Positions 9,386-17,579 of a stretch of DNA of 64,000 nucleotides are shown here, piece by piece. This stretch comes from Deltaproteobacteria bacterium (GTDB taxonomy: Bacteria; Desulfobacterota; Syntrophia; Syntrophales; JAAYKM01). The translations under genes and the position numbers were made by a program. The notes below the pieces were generated by a model that saw only the letters and a program-made list of their open reading frames with translations, had not been told where the DNA came from and did not search any database. The DNA lies in assembly GCA_012522415.1 (NCBI GenBank), contig JAAYKM010000123.1, positions 1,833 through 65,832 of the forward strand, read 5' to 3'. Positions within the stretch are counted from its first letter, which is position 1. The number at the start of each line of letters is the position of its first letter.

Positions 9386-10678
9386 ATGAAAAAGATGTCC
9401 GTCATTCATATTGAGCCGTTCAGATGTTCCATGGCCGAGGTGACCGTCCCGGGTTCGAAAAGCTACACCCAGCGGGCTCTGGTTGCCGCTTCTCTGGCAC
9501 GGGGTTCTTCAGTGCTGATCAATCCTCTTCTATCTGAAGATACAATGAGAATCATCGAAGCCCTCCAGGCCATGGGGCTCGGTGTGGCAATCGAGAACGG
9601 GGACATTCGTATAGAAGGGGCGGGGGGCGTTTTGTTGGCACCGCAAAATCCGATTTATCTGGGCAACAACGGTACGGCCATGCGTTTTCTCGTTTCCCTC
9701 TCCAGTCTTGGACGGGGTCCTGTTACGCTGACGGGAGATGCACGATTGTGCGAAAGACCGATCCGGCCCCTCATGAATTATCTCGGTTTGCTTGGTGTAC
9801 CGTATCGATATCTCGGTCAGGATGGATTCCCACCCGTGGAAATCCACGCATCCGGTTTGCGGGGAGGGGAGCTTACGATAAAAAACACGGAAAGCAGTCA
9901 ATACATTTCCTCAATCATGCTGGCGGCGCCTTACGCCGATAATCCTGTTACGCTGACCCTGGAAGGGGGCATTGTTTCGCGTCCCTATATCGATATGACG
10001 TTGCAGGTAATGACCGACTTCGGCGTTCCGGCGGAGGTGAAGAAAAAGGATTGTTACACGTTCCCGGCAAAAACGGCCTATCAGGGACGCAGATATGTCA
10101 TCGAAGGCGACGCATCCAGCGCCTCGTATTTCTTTCTGGCCGCCATGCTCTGTGAGGGGACGGTGAGGGTGAACAACCTGAACCCCCGGAGCACTCAGGG
10201 TGATCTGAAATTCCTGGATTTGCTTGAAGGCGTGGGCGGGGAGGTGCGTTATGGCGACAACTGGATTTCCGTTACGGGAAAGAAGATGAAGAAGGGACGC
10301 CTGGTTGTTAGTATGGCGGACATGCCCGATATGGTGCCCACTGTTGCGATTCTTGCCGCCTTCAGGGAAGGGACGACGGAGATCCGACGGGTAGCGCACC
10401 TACGGATCAAGGAAAGCAACCGTCTGGCGGTGCTGGTTGCGGAGCTGGGTAAAATGGGTATTGATGCGCGTGAAGAAGGGGATAGCCTCGTCATCGTCGG
10501 CGGAAAGCCCAACGGGGCGACCATTCACACCTACAACGATCACCGGATTGCCATGAGTTTCGCTGTGGCCGGACTTGTGATACCGGGCATTTCGATCCAA
10601 AACCCGGGCTGTGTCGATAAGTCTTTTCCTGATTTTTGGAAGATTTTTGAAGAACTTAGAGGAGGTGAACGTGACTGA
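9386..10678 (+). CDS. aroA: 3-phosphoshikimate 1-carboxyvinyltransferase (EPSP synthase)
   Basis: 430 aa with PGSKSYTQRAL, LGNNGTAMRFL, KESNRL and DHRIAMSFAVAGL. Confidence 0.92.
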   Translation: MKKMSVIHIEPFRCSMAEVTVPGSKSYTQRALVAASLARGSSVLINPLLSEDTMRIIEALQAMGLGVAIENGDIRIEGAGGVLLAPQNPIYLGNNGTAMRFLVSLSSLGRGPVTLTGDARLCERPIRPLMNYLGLLGVPYRYLGQDGFPPVEIHASGLRGGELTIKNTESSQYISSIMLAAPYADNPVTLTLEGGIVSRPYIDMTLQVMTDFGVPAEVKKKDCYTFPAKTAYQGRRYVIEGDASSASYFFLAAMLCEGTVRVNNLNPRSTQGDLKFLDLLEGVGGEVRYGDNWISVTGKKMKKGRLVVSMADMPDMVPTVAILAAFREGTTEIRRVAHLRIKESNRLAVLVAELGKMGIDAREEGDSLVIVGGKPNGATIHTYNDHRIAMSFAVAGLVIPGISIQNPGCVDKSFPDFWKIFEELRGGERD

Positions 10679-11243
10679 CCGGGAAGACAAACGGGGGGAC
10701 AACATCCTGCTGGTTGGTTACCGCGGAACGGGAAAGTCAACATTGGGAAAACGTCTGGCGGATGTTTCGGGGATGCCTTTCATCGATATGGACCAGACCA
10801 TTGTTGAGGAAAAGGGCTCTTCCATTTCGGAAATCGTGGAGGATCACGGATGGTCGTTTTTTCGTACTTTGGAGAAAAATCTGCTGATCAGACTGTCAAA
10901 GGGGAAAGGTCAAGTCATTGCCACAGGTGGTGGTGTCGTGTTAAACGCGAAAAACCGTACACTTCTAAGAGAAATGGGTCGGGTGGTCTGGCTTCAGTCG
11001 GATCCGGAGAAGATTGTTACGCGGTTAACCCAGGATAAAACGAGGATAGAACAGAGGCCTGCCCTCTCCGATCTTGATTTATGGAAAGAAACAAACCTGA
11101 TCCTGCAAGAGAGAAGCCCCCTTTATGAAAATGTCCACGATATCGCGGTGAATACATCGGAGTCCACTGTGGGGGAATGTGTTGACGAAATCATTAGAAT
11201 CCTCCATATTGAGCGGACATTGTCGCCCCTGGGAGGCTTATAA
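10671..11243 (+). CDS. aroK: Shikimate kinase
   Basis: The Walker A motif GYRGTGKST lies right after the GTG at 10671, which is preceded by GAGGAGG. The start overlaps the aroA stop by 8 nt. The track start at 10611 lies inside aroA and is less likely. Confidence 0.85.
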   Translation: MTDREDKRGDNILLVGYRGTGKSTLGKRLADVSGMPFIDMDQTIVEEKGSSISEIVEDHGWSFFRTLEKNLLIRLSKGKGQVIATGGGVVLNAKNRTLLREMGRVVWLQSDPEKIVTRLTQDKTRIEQRPALSDLDLWKETNLILQERSPLYENVHDIAVNTSESTVGECVDEIIRILHIERTLSPLGGL

Positions 11244-11302
11244 GCGCCGAAGTGGTGGTTACCGGCCGACAAAGAGCCAACCTATAACGTGGAGAGGGAT
11301 AT

Positions 11303-12373
11303 ATGTCGGGGAATAGCATTGGAAAAATCTTTCGGGTCACAACCTGGGGAGAATCGCACGGACCGGCAATCGGTGCCGTTGTGGACGGTTGCCCTGCAGG
11401 GCTTCACTTGTCGGTTGCCGATATTCAGCGCGCCTTGGATCGCAGGAAAGCCGGAGGGTTGCCTTCAGAGACCTCCCGACGTGAAGCGGACCAGGTTGAG
11501 GTGCTGTCGGGGGTATTCCAAAACAGAACAACGGGAACCCCGATTTCACTGATCATCCATAATCGTGAACATGCAAGCGGGGACTATGAGAGCCTGAAAA
11601 ATCTTTTCCGGCCGGGACACGGCGACTTTACCTACACAGGGAAATATGGGTTTCGGGATTATCGTGGAGGCGGACGTGCCTCAGGGCGTGAAACCGCGGC
11701 AAGGGTGGCCGCCGGAGCCATCGCAGAAAAATTTGTCCGTTCAGCGGGTCTGGATGTGATGGCCCACACGGTCATGCTCGGTGGAATTTGGGCGAGAGGT
11801 CTGAAAACGGCTCAAGTAAAACATGAAGAGGTCGACTCCAGCCGGTTAAAATGTCTGGATGGGGAAGCGGAAAAGCTCATGCTGGAAAAACTGGAACAGG
11901 TGCGGATGGACGGAGACACCCTCGGTGGAATCGTGGAAATCGTTGTCCGGGGCTGTCCGATTGGTCTCGGAGAACCCGTATGCGACAAGTTGGATGCTGA
12001 TCTGGCCAAGGCATTGATGAGCATCGGCACTGTCAAGGGAGTCGAAATGGGTGACGGTTTTGCCGTGGCCGCTAAAACGGGTTCGGAGAACAATGATCTC
12101 CAGACAACCGGAGGATACCTCACCAATCATGCAGGAGGTATTCTTGCCGGTATTGCCAACGGAAACGACATCGTATTGCGTGTGGCCTGCAAACCGATTC
12201 CGTCCATTGCGAAAACACAACGGTGTTTGGATGCCGACGGTCGTGAAAACGATTATGCCATCAAAGGAAGACATGATCTCTGCGTTATTCCCCGAGTGAT
12301 TCCGGTTTGTGAGGCCATGGTCTGGATAATCCTGGCCGATCACCTGTTGCGTAACAGGGCGACACGTTTATGA
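11303..12373 (+). CDS. aroC: Chorismate synthase
   Basis: 356 aa with FRVTTWGESHG, GRASGRETAARVAAGA and GGILAGI.NG. Confidence 0.92.
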   Translation: MSGNSIGKIFRVTTWGESHGPAIGAVVDGCPAGLHLSVADIQRALDRRKAGGLPSETSRREADQVEVLSGVFQNRTTGTPISLIIHNREHASGDYESLKNLFRPGHGDFTYTGKYGFRDYRGGGRASGRETAARVAAGAIAEKFVRSAGLDVMAHTVMLGGIWARGLKTAQVKHEEVDSSRLKCLDGEAEKLMLEKLEQVRMDGDTLGGIVEIVVRGCPIGLGEPVCDKLDADLAKALMSIGTVKGVEMGDGFAVAAKTGSENNDLQTTGGYLTNHAGGILAGIANGNDIVLRVACKPIPSIAKTQRCLDADGRENDYAIKGRHDLCVIPRVIPVCEAMVWIILADHLLRNRATRL

Positions 12374-13152
12374 AAGAGACGGTAATAGGCGTTATCGGTG
12401 GAACCGGCGGCATGGGGGGCTGGTTTGCCTCGTTGCTGCGGGGGGACGGTTATACCGTTCACTGTGCCGGGCGGCGCAGCGGCATGCGGCCGGAAGACAT
12501 GGCCCGGGTTTGCCAGGTTTTGGTCATCAGCGTACCCATTGGCGTAACGTGTGAGGTCATTGGCAGGGTGGGGCCGTTCATGTCCCCTGACAGTCTCCTC
12601 ACGGATCTGACATCCCTCAAGGAAGCGCCGGTCAGGGAGATGCTGAGGGCTTCCCAATGCGAGGTCATCGGTTGCCATCCTCTTTTCGGCCCCGAGATCA
12701 CCGGACTTTCCGGGCACAATGTGATCTTATGTCCGGGACGGGGGGATCTCTGGTTTTCTTGGTTCAAATCAATTTTTGAGAAACATCAGGCTGTCATAAC
12801 CGTGACCACACCGGAGGAGCATGACAGAATGATGTCCGTTGTCCAGGTAATGAACCATCTCCACACCATGCATCTGGGCATGATCCTTGGACAGGAGAAT
12901 ATGACCTGTGATAAACTTCTTCCCTGGTCCACGCCGGTACTTAAAAAAAAGATGGAGATGCTTCGTAAGGTGTTCCAGAACCAGCCCGGTATGTACGCGG
13001 AAATGCTTGTGAATAATCCACATCTGGAACGCATTTGCGAACTCTATCAGGAAACGTTTTCCCTATTGGAAAAAACACTGGCGAGAAAGGACGCGGATGC
13101 CCTGTGCGACCTGCTCCATAAGCAGACGAAAAAAATCTGGCCGAAAAAATAA
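12370..13152 (+). CDS. tyrA: Prephenate dehydrogenase
   Basis: 260 aa with an N-terminal Rossmann motif IGVIGGTGGMGGWFA and HPLFGP. The start overlaps the aroC stop (ATGA). Confidence 0.85.
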   Translation: MKETVIGVIGGTGGMGGWFASLLRGDGYTVHCAGRRSGMRPEDMARVCQVLVISVPIGVTCEVIGRVGPFMSPDSLLTDLTSLKEAPVREMLRASQCEVIGCHPLFGPEITGLSGHNVILCPGRGDLWFSWFKSIFEKHQAVITVTTPEEHDRMMSVVQVMNHLHTMHLGMILGQENMTCDKLLPWSTPVLKKKMEMLRKVFQNQPGMYAEMLVNNPHLERICELYQETFSLLEKTLARKDADALCDLLHKQTKKIWPKK

Positions 13153-13179
13153 GAGAACCTTGATCTGGTACATGGGAAC

Positions 13180-13947
13180 ATGAATGAACAGGAAAAAAAG
13201 ATAGAAGCCCTCGCGGCGATGCTGAAAAACACCCAAAAGGCCGTTTTTTTTACCGGTGCAGGGGTGAGTACGGAGTCCGGGATACCGGATTTCCGCAGTC
13301 CCGGCGGAATCTGGACAAAATTCAATCCGGACGACTTCACACTGGACCGGTTTCTGAACAGCCACGAGAGTAGAAAGAAACAGTGGCAGTTTCTTCTTGG
13401 AACGGCCTCGATCCGTATGGCCGAGCCGAATATGGCCCACCTGGGCATTGCCGAACTGGAAAGAATGGGTCATGTGGATTGCGTTATCACGCAAAACATA
13501 GACGGCCTCCACCAGAAAGGCGGTTCAAATCCGGACCGTGTTTACGAGCTTCACGGAAACCTGGAGTGGGTTCATTGTCTCGGTTGCCGGAACCGCTATA
13601 AAACGGACCGGGTCATCGAACGGAACGGAGGTGTCCAGGATGTCCCCGATTGCGAATATTGCGGAGGTATACTGAAGCCGGACGTCATTTTCTTTGGAGA
13701 ACAGCTTCCCCAGGAAATCCTGGAAACGGCGATGATTTCATCCAGCACATGTGAATTATTTATCGTTGTCGGCTCATCGCTCGTTGTCTATCCGGCGGCC
13801 TACTTGCCCGTTTACGCCAAATCGGCAAATGCCAAGCTGGTTATTCTCAACATGATGGAAACGCCTTGCGATACACAGGCCGATCTGATCATCACTGGCC
13901 AGGCCGGTGCCATTATGGAACGGGTCATGCAGAAAATAAGAGCGTGA
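13180..13947 (+). CDS. cobB: NAD-dependent protein deacylase, Sir2/CobB family
   Basis: 255 aa with GAGVSTESGIPDFRS, QNIDGLH, the Zn-ribbon cysteines CLGC...CEYCGG, and GSSLVVYPAA. Confidence 0.9.
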   Translation: MNEQEKKIEALAAMLKNTQKAVFFTGAGVSTESGIPDFRSPGGIWTKFNPDDFTLDRFLNSHESRKKQWQFLLGTASIRMAEPNMAHLGIAELERMGHVDCVITQNIDGLHQKGGSNPDRVYELHGNLEWVHCLGCRNRYKTDRVIERNGGVQDVPDCEYCGGILKPDVIFFGEQLPQEILETAMISSSTCELFIVVGSSLVVYPAAYLPVYAKSANAKLVILNMMETPCDTQADLIITGQAGAIMERVMQKIRA

Positions 13948-13962
13948 GAAGGGAGTTATCGG

Positions 13963-14391
13963 ATGTCCAATCGGTTATACCCCGAAAGTCCACGTGTGGG
14001 TGTCGGTGCCTTGGTGATCCATGGCGGAAAGGTTTTGCTCGTGAAACGGGGTGTGGCTCCAAGCGCAGGATTCTGGGCGCCCCCCGGCGGGTCTCTGGAA
14101 CTTGGAGAAACGCTGGAATCCTGTGCGGAGAGGGAAACCCTTGAGGAAACCGGAATAACTGTCCGCGCGGATAAACCGGTTTACGCCTTCGATTATATTG
14201 AACGGGACAGGGCCGGAGAAATTATGTTCCATTTTGTCATCATCGATTTATGGGCGGAGTACATCTCGGGGAAACCGGTCGGCCGGGACGATGCTCTGGA
14301 GGCAAAGTGGGTGGGGAAGGATGATATTGGATCCCTCCAGATAGGGAAAAACACCTTGAAACTTTTGCGGGCGACAGGGTTTTTTGCCTGA
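13963..14391 (+). CDS. NUDIX hydrolase (ADP-ribose pyrophosphatase-like)
   Basis: 142 aa with a complete Nudix box, GGSLELGETLESCAERETLEETGI. It starts 15 nt after the cobB stop. Confidence 0.85.
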   Translation: MSNRLYPESPRVGVGALVIHGGKVLLVKRGVAPSAGFWAPPGGSLELGETLESCAERETLEETGITVRADKPVYAFDYIERDRAGEIMFHFVIIDLWAEYISGKPVGRDDALEAKWVGKDDIGSLQIGKNTLKLLRATGFFA

Positions 14392-14410
14392 AAAGACAGG
14401 GAGTGACGCC

Positions 14411-15157
14411 ATGAAAATCATATTTCACGAAGGCTTCTACCAGGTTTATGCTTCTGATCCAGCCGCGGCTCCGGGCAGAATGGAGGCAATCGTTTCCGTG
14501 ATCGGAGAAAAACATGAATTTCTTCAGGCGGTTCCCGCTGAAGAAGCGGACATCCTCGCCGTGCATTCTGATTTACATGCGCAAAGGGTTCGACATGAAG
14601 GGGTCTACGAAATTGCCGCGCTGGCCGCAGGCGCTTCCATCGAGGCGGCAAAAATCGGAATGAAGGAACCGGCCTTTGCTCTGGTAAGGCCTCCCGGCCA
14701 CCACGCCTCGGAGGATAGTGCCTGGGGATTTTGTTATTTCAACAATATGGCCATTGCGTTAACTCACCTGATCAGGGCCGGTTTGATTCAGAAAGCCTCC
14801 GTCCTTGACTTCGATTTGCACTACGGTGACGGTACGGTCAACATACTGGGCACTTTGGATCAAATCGCCATTTTTAACCCTTCGGCATCGGATCGTTCTC
14901 ATTATCTGCGCAGCGTAGAGGATTTTCTTGCAGAACAGAAAAGCGATATCATCGGCATATCCGCCGGGTTCGATAATCATGAAGCGGACTGGGGCGGCCT
15001 CCTTTTGACGGAAGATTACCGGGAAATGGGCAGAATGGTCAGAATGGCCGCCAATGCCATGGACCTTGGTTATTTCGCCGTTCTGGAAGGTGGGTACAAT
15101 CACCGTGTGTTGGGTGAAAATGTTGCGGCCCTGCTGGAAGGCATGGGAGGCGAATGA
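14411..15157 (+). CDS. Compact histone-deacetylase/acetoin-utilisation (HDAC/AcuC) family protein
   Basis: About 248 aa from the ATG at 14411 (RBS AGGGAG), with RPPGHHA, FDLHYGDGT, SAGFDNHEADWGG and LEGGY. It is shorter than typical 300-370 aa family members. Confidence 0.8.
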   Translation: MKIIFHEGFYQVYASDPAAAPGRMEAIVSVIGEKHEFLQAVPAEEADILAVHSDLHAQRVRHEGVYEIAALAAGASIEAAKIGMKEPAFALVRPPGHHASEDSAWGFCYFNNMAIALTHLIRAGLIQKASVLDFDLHYGDGTVNILGTLDQIAIFNPSASDRSHYLRSVEDFLAEQKSDIIGISAGFDNHEADWGGLLLTEDYREMGRMVRMAANAMDLGYFAVLEGGYNHRVLGENVAALLEGMGGE

Positions 15158-15343
15158 GGGTCTTGCCGGAGTAAAGGAAATGATGAAATCCACGTTGGAC
15201 CGATGTATCGTTAGCCTGAATAGGAGATCGGAGAATTGGGAAGCCGTTGTCATAACCGTTCCCAGGACAGCCACGTTTTCATGGTTCTGGCATGATCCCG
15301 TTACGTGTCATACGCTGATGCAAGCCCCTGATTTCCTTTAAAT

Positions 15344-15367
15344 AGCATTACTTTTAAAAGTATTGCT
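15344..15367. promoter_or_regulatory. 24-bp near-perfect inverted repeat abutting the -35 of the pan promoter (candidate operator)
   Basis: AGCATTACTTTT / AAAAGTATTGCT, with 11 of 12 positions complementary (mismatch T15348/T15363). The last base is the first T of TTGACA. Confidence 0.45.
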
Positions 15368-15395
15368 TGACAAAGAAATATCTGTCTGTTAGAAG
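15367..15395 (+). promoter_or_regulatory. Sigma70-type promoter for the panCD leader
   Basis: TTGACA (15367-15372), 17-nt spacer, TAGAAG (15390-15395). It shares the 10-mer CTTGACAAAG with the aro promoter. Confidence 0.45.
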
Positions 15396-15517
15396 CCCTA
15401 CGCCGCTTGGATCCGCTTCAGGACTGAGACGGAAAGGTTGGAAAGATTGTTTATGTGGGTATCCTTACCTCCCGTCTCGCGACGCGGAGGTTTTTTTTTG
15501 CGCAAAGGAGAATTGCA
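15396..15517 (+). ncRNA. Structured 5' leader of panCD (candidate pan-motif-type cis-regulator) containing an intrinsic terminator
   Basis: The terminator at 15468-15499 is CCTCC-CGTC / loop TCGC / GACG-(C)-GGAGG followed by T9. The upstream GAGACGG (15426-15432) is complementary to CCGTCTC (15472-15478), which overlaps the terminator's 5' arm and loop. There are six GGA triplets in about 110 nt. I could not align it to the pan consensus. Confidence 0.45.
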
Positions 15518-16396
15518 TTGGAAATATTCAATTCTGTTACGGATATGCAAAACAAGGTAAATCTCCTCAGGCAGCAGGGACAAAGGATCGCTTTTGTTCC
15601 GACTATGGGGTATTTTCACGAAGGACATCTGGACCTGATGAGGGAAGGTCGAAAGCGGGGCGATTACCTGGTCGTCAGCATTTATGTCAACCCGACACAG
15701 TTTGCTCCAACGGAAGATCTGGATGAATATCCACGGAATTTTGAACGGGACTGTTCAATGGCCGAACAGGTCGGAGTCGATGCGGTTTTTTTCCCCGATG
15801 ACTCGGGAATGTACCCCCCTCATTATCAGACGTATGTCGATGTGGAAGGGGTTACGAAGAATTTGTGTGGGGCCTCGCGTGCCGGTCATTTTCGTGGTGT
15901 GACGACGGTTTGCACAAAGCTTTTCAACATCGTCAAGCCCCATGTGACTATTTTCGGCAAGAAGGATTTTCAGCAGCTTATTACGATAAAGACCATGATT
16001 CGGGACTTGAACATGGATATAGAGGTAATAGGCATAGCGACAACACGTGAACCTGACGGTTTGGCCATGAGTTCCCGTAATGCTTACCTGAATGAGGAAG
16101 AACGAAAATCGGCTCAGTGTCTCAGCCGTTCCCTGATGATCGCAAAACGGCTGTACGAATCGGGTGAAACCGATGCCGGTCAAATTTTGAATCAAGTACG
16201 CAAGTATATAAAATCACATCCACATGTTGAAATTGATTACATAAAGGTCAGTGATGTCGATACGGTTGAAGAGGTATGGTCCGTGGGCCCCGACACTTTT
16301 ATCGCCATGGCGATCAGGGTCGGTAAAACGAGATTGATCGATAATTATGTTTTTGGAGAGGATCTGAAGGTTCCATCTCCAGAAAATTATCGATGA
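15518..16396 (+). CDS. panC: Pantoate--beta-alanine ligase
   Basis: PTMGYFHEGH and GKKDFQQ motifs. The TTG at 15518 is preceded by AAGGAG (7-nt spacing), and the N-terminal length then matches PanC. The track start at 15455 would translate through the terminator hairpin. Confidence 0.88.
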   Translation: MEIFNSVTDMQNKVNLLRQQGQRIAFVPTMGYFHEGHLDLMREGRKRGDYLVVSIYVNPTQFAPTEDLDEYPRNFERDCSMAEQVGVDAVFFPDDSGMYPPHYQTYVDVEGVTKNLCGASRAGHFRGVTTVCTKLFNIVKPHVTIFGKKDFQQLITIKTMIRDLNMDIEVIGIATTREPDGLAMSSRNAYLNEEERKSAQCLSRSLMIAKRLYESGETDAGQILNQVRKYIKSHPHVEIDYIKVSDVDTVEEVWSVGPDTFIAMAIRVGKTRLIDNYVFGEDLKVPSPENYR

Positions 16397-16423
16397 TTAA
16401 AAATATTTTTGAGGTGAATTTCA

Positions 16424-16783
16424 ATGCAACGGTTCATGATGAAATCAAAGCTGCATAGGGCTACGGTGACGGATGCAGACCTGCATTATGAGGGTAGTAT
16501 TTCTATTGATGAGGATCTCCTCGAAGCATCCGACATCCTTCCTTATGAGAAGGTTGCCATTTACAATGTCACCAACGGAGAGCGTTTTACGACCTATGCC
16601 ATTACGGGCAAGGCGGGTTCCGGGGTTATCTGTCTCAATGGTGCGGCGGCCAGAAAAGTATCGAAGGGTGATATCATCATCATCGCGTCGTATTGCATGG
16701 TCGAGGACAGCGAAGCCAAGGGTTGGAAGCCGACCTGTGTGCTTCTGGACGGTGGAAATAAAATAAAAAAGATTACCCCCTGA
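16424..16783 (+). CDS. panD: Aspartate 1-decarboxylase proenzyme
   Basis: 119 aa starting [29 protein letters not shown], with the self-cleavage G-S site. Confidence 0.92.
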   Translation: MQRFMMKSKLHRATVTDADLHYEGSISIDEDLLEASDILPYEKVAIYNVTNGERFTTYAITGKAGSGVICLNGAAARKVSKGDIIIIASYCMVEDSEAKGWKPTCVLLDGGNKIKKITP

Positions 16784-16907
16784 GCTACCTGTCAACGACA
16801 AATGGGGACAAGGGAGCGCACCTGCGCTGTTTACGGGACACTTTTTTATTGAAACTACGAGTTCCGTTTGGTAGGCAGGAACTGTCTTTCTACAGCGGGG
16901 ATCAATT

Positions 16908-17552
16908 TTGAAAAAAAAGCTTAAAAGTGTTTTTCTGACGGGTCTTGCTGTGACCATCCCTATCGGCCTGACCCTTTACATTCTCTTCTTCATCATCGAC
17001 GTCATGGACGGCCTGCTGAGGATCGTGCCGGCCCGGTATGACCCGAATGTTCTGCTGGGGTTTCGTATACCGGGTTTGGGTGTTGTCTTTACGGTGCTGC
17101 TCATTCTTCTCGCTGGACTCATCACAAAAAGCTATGTGGGCAACAGGGTGCTGCGCAAAGGCGAGGGCCTGTTCAGCAGAATTCCCATTGTCCGCAGCAT
17201 TTATTTGGCGATCAAGCAAATATTCAACAGTCTTTTTTTGGGGAAGAGCCGCAGTTTCAGGAAGGTCGTTCTGCTTGAGTATCCACGGAAGGGATTGCAC
17301 AGTATCGGTTTCATCACCGGCTCCGTGGAAGAAACCTTTCCACAGATTGCCGATGATAATCAGAAAAAAATAGGGGTTTTTATACCACTGGCCGTTACCC
17401 CCTATACAGGAGCCTTTGTCATTGTTCGGGAAGATGAGGTGGTTGAAGTAGGGATGACCGTCGAGGAAGCGTTTACCCTCATCATATCGGCGGGAATCGT
17501 TTCCCCCGAAAGCGGGAATTCAAGGTACGAACGAGCCATATCTGGGAATTAA
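16908..17552 (+). CDS. DUF502-family membrane protein
   Basis: 214 aa with a TTG start, two N-terminal TM helices and the conserved IPIVRSIY, YPRKG and GFIT pattern of DUF502. Confidence 0.65.
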   Translation: MKKKLKSVFLTGLAVTIPIGLTLYILFFIIDVMDGLLRIVPARYDPNVLLGFRIPGLGVVFTVLLILLAGLITKSYVGNRVLRKGEGLFSRIPIVRSIYLAIKQIFNSLFLGKSRSFRKVVLLEYPRKGLHSIGFITGSVEETFPQIADDNQKKIGVFIPLAVTPYTGAFVIVREDEVVEVGMTVEEAFTLIISAGIVSPESGNSRYERAISGN

Positions 17553-17579
17553 TCAGAAAAGGAAAAGGGGACTCTTTAA

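Noticed and set aside
13180-13947. Sir2-domain gene as a possible anti-phage defence component (Thoeris/DSR/SIR2-HerA type)
   Set aside because: It is a short canonical CobB-type sirtuin with an intact Zn ribbon and NAD-binding motifs. It has no fused effector or sensor domains and no partner defence genes, and the context is metabolic.
15367-15726. 119-aa ORF and the 15455 GTG-extended panC start in the pan leader
   Set aside because: The 119-aa frame overlaps the promoter, the terminator hairpin and panC out of frame. The GTG extension would translate through the T9 terminator and add a non-PanC N-terminus. The TTG at 15518 with AAGGAG is better supported.
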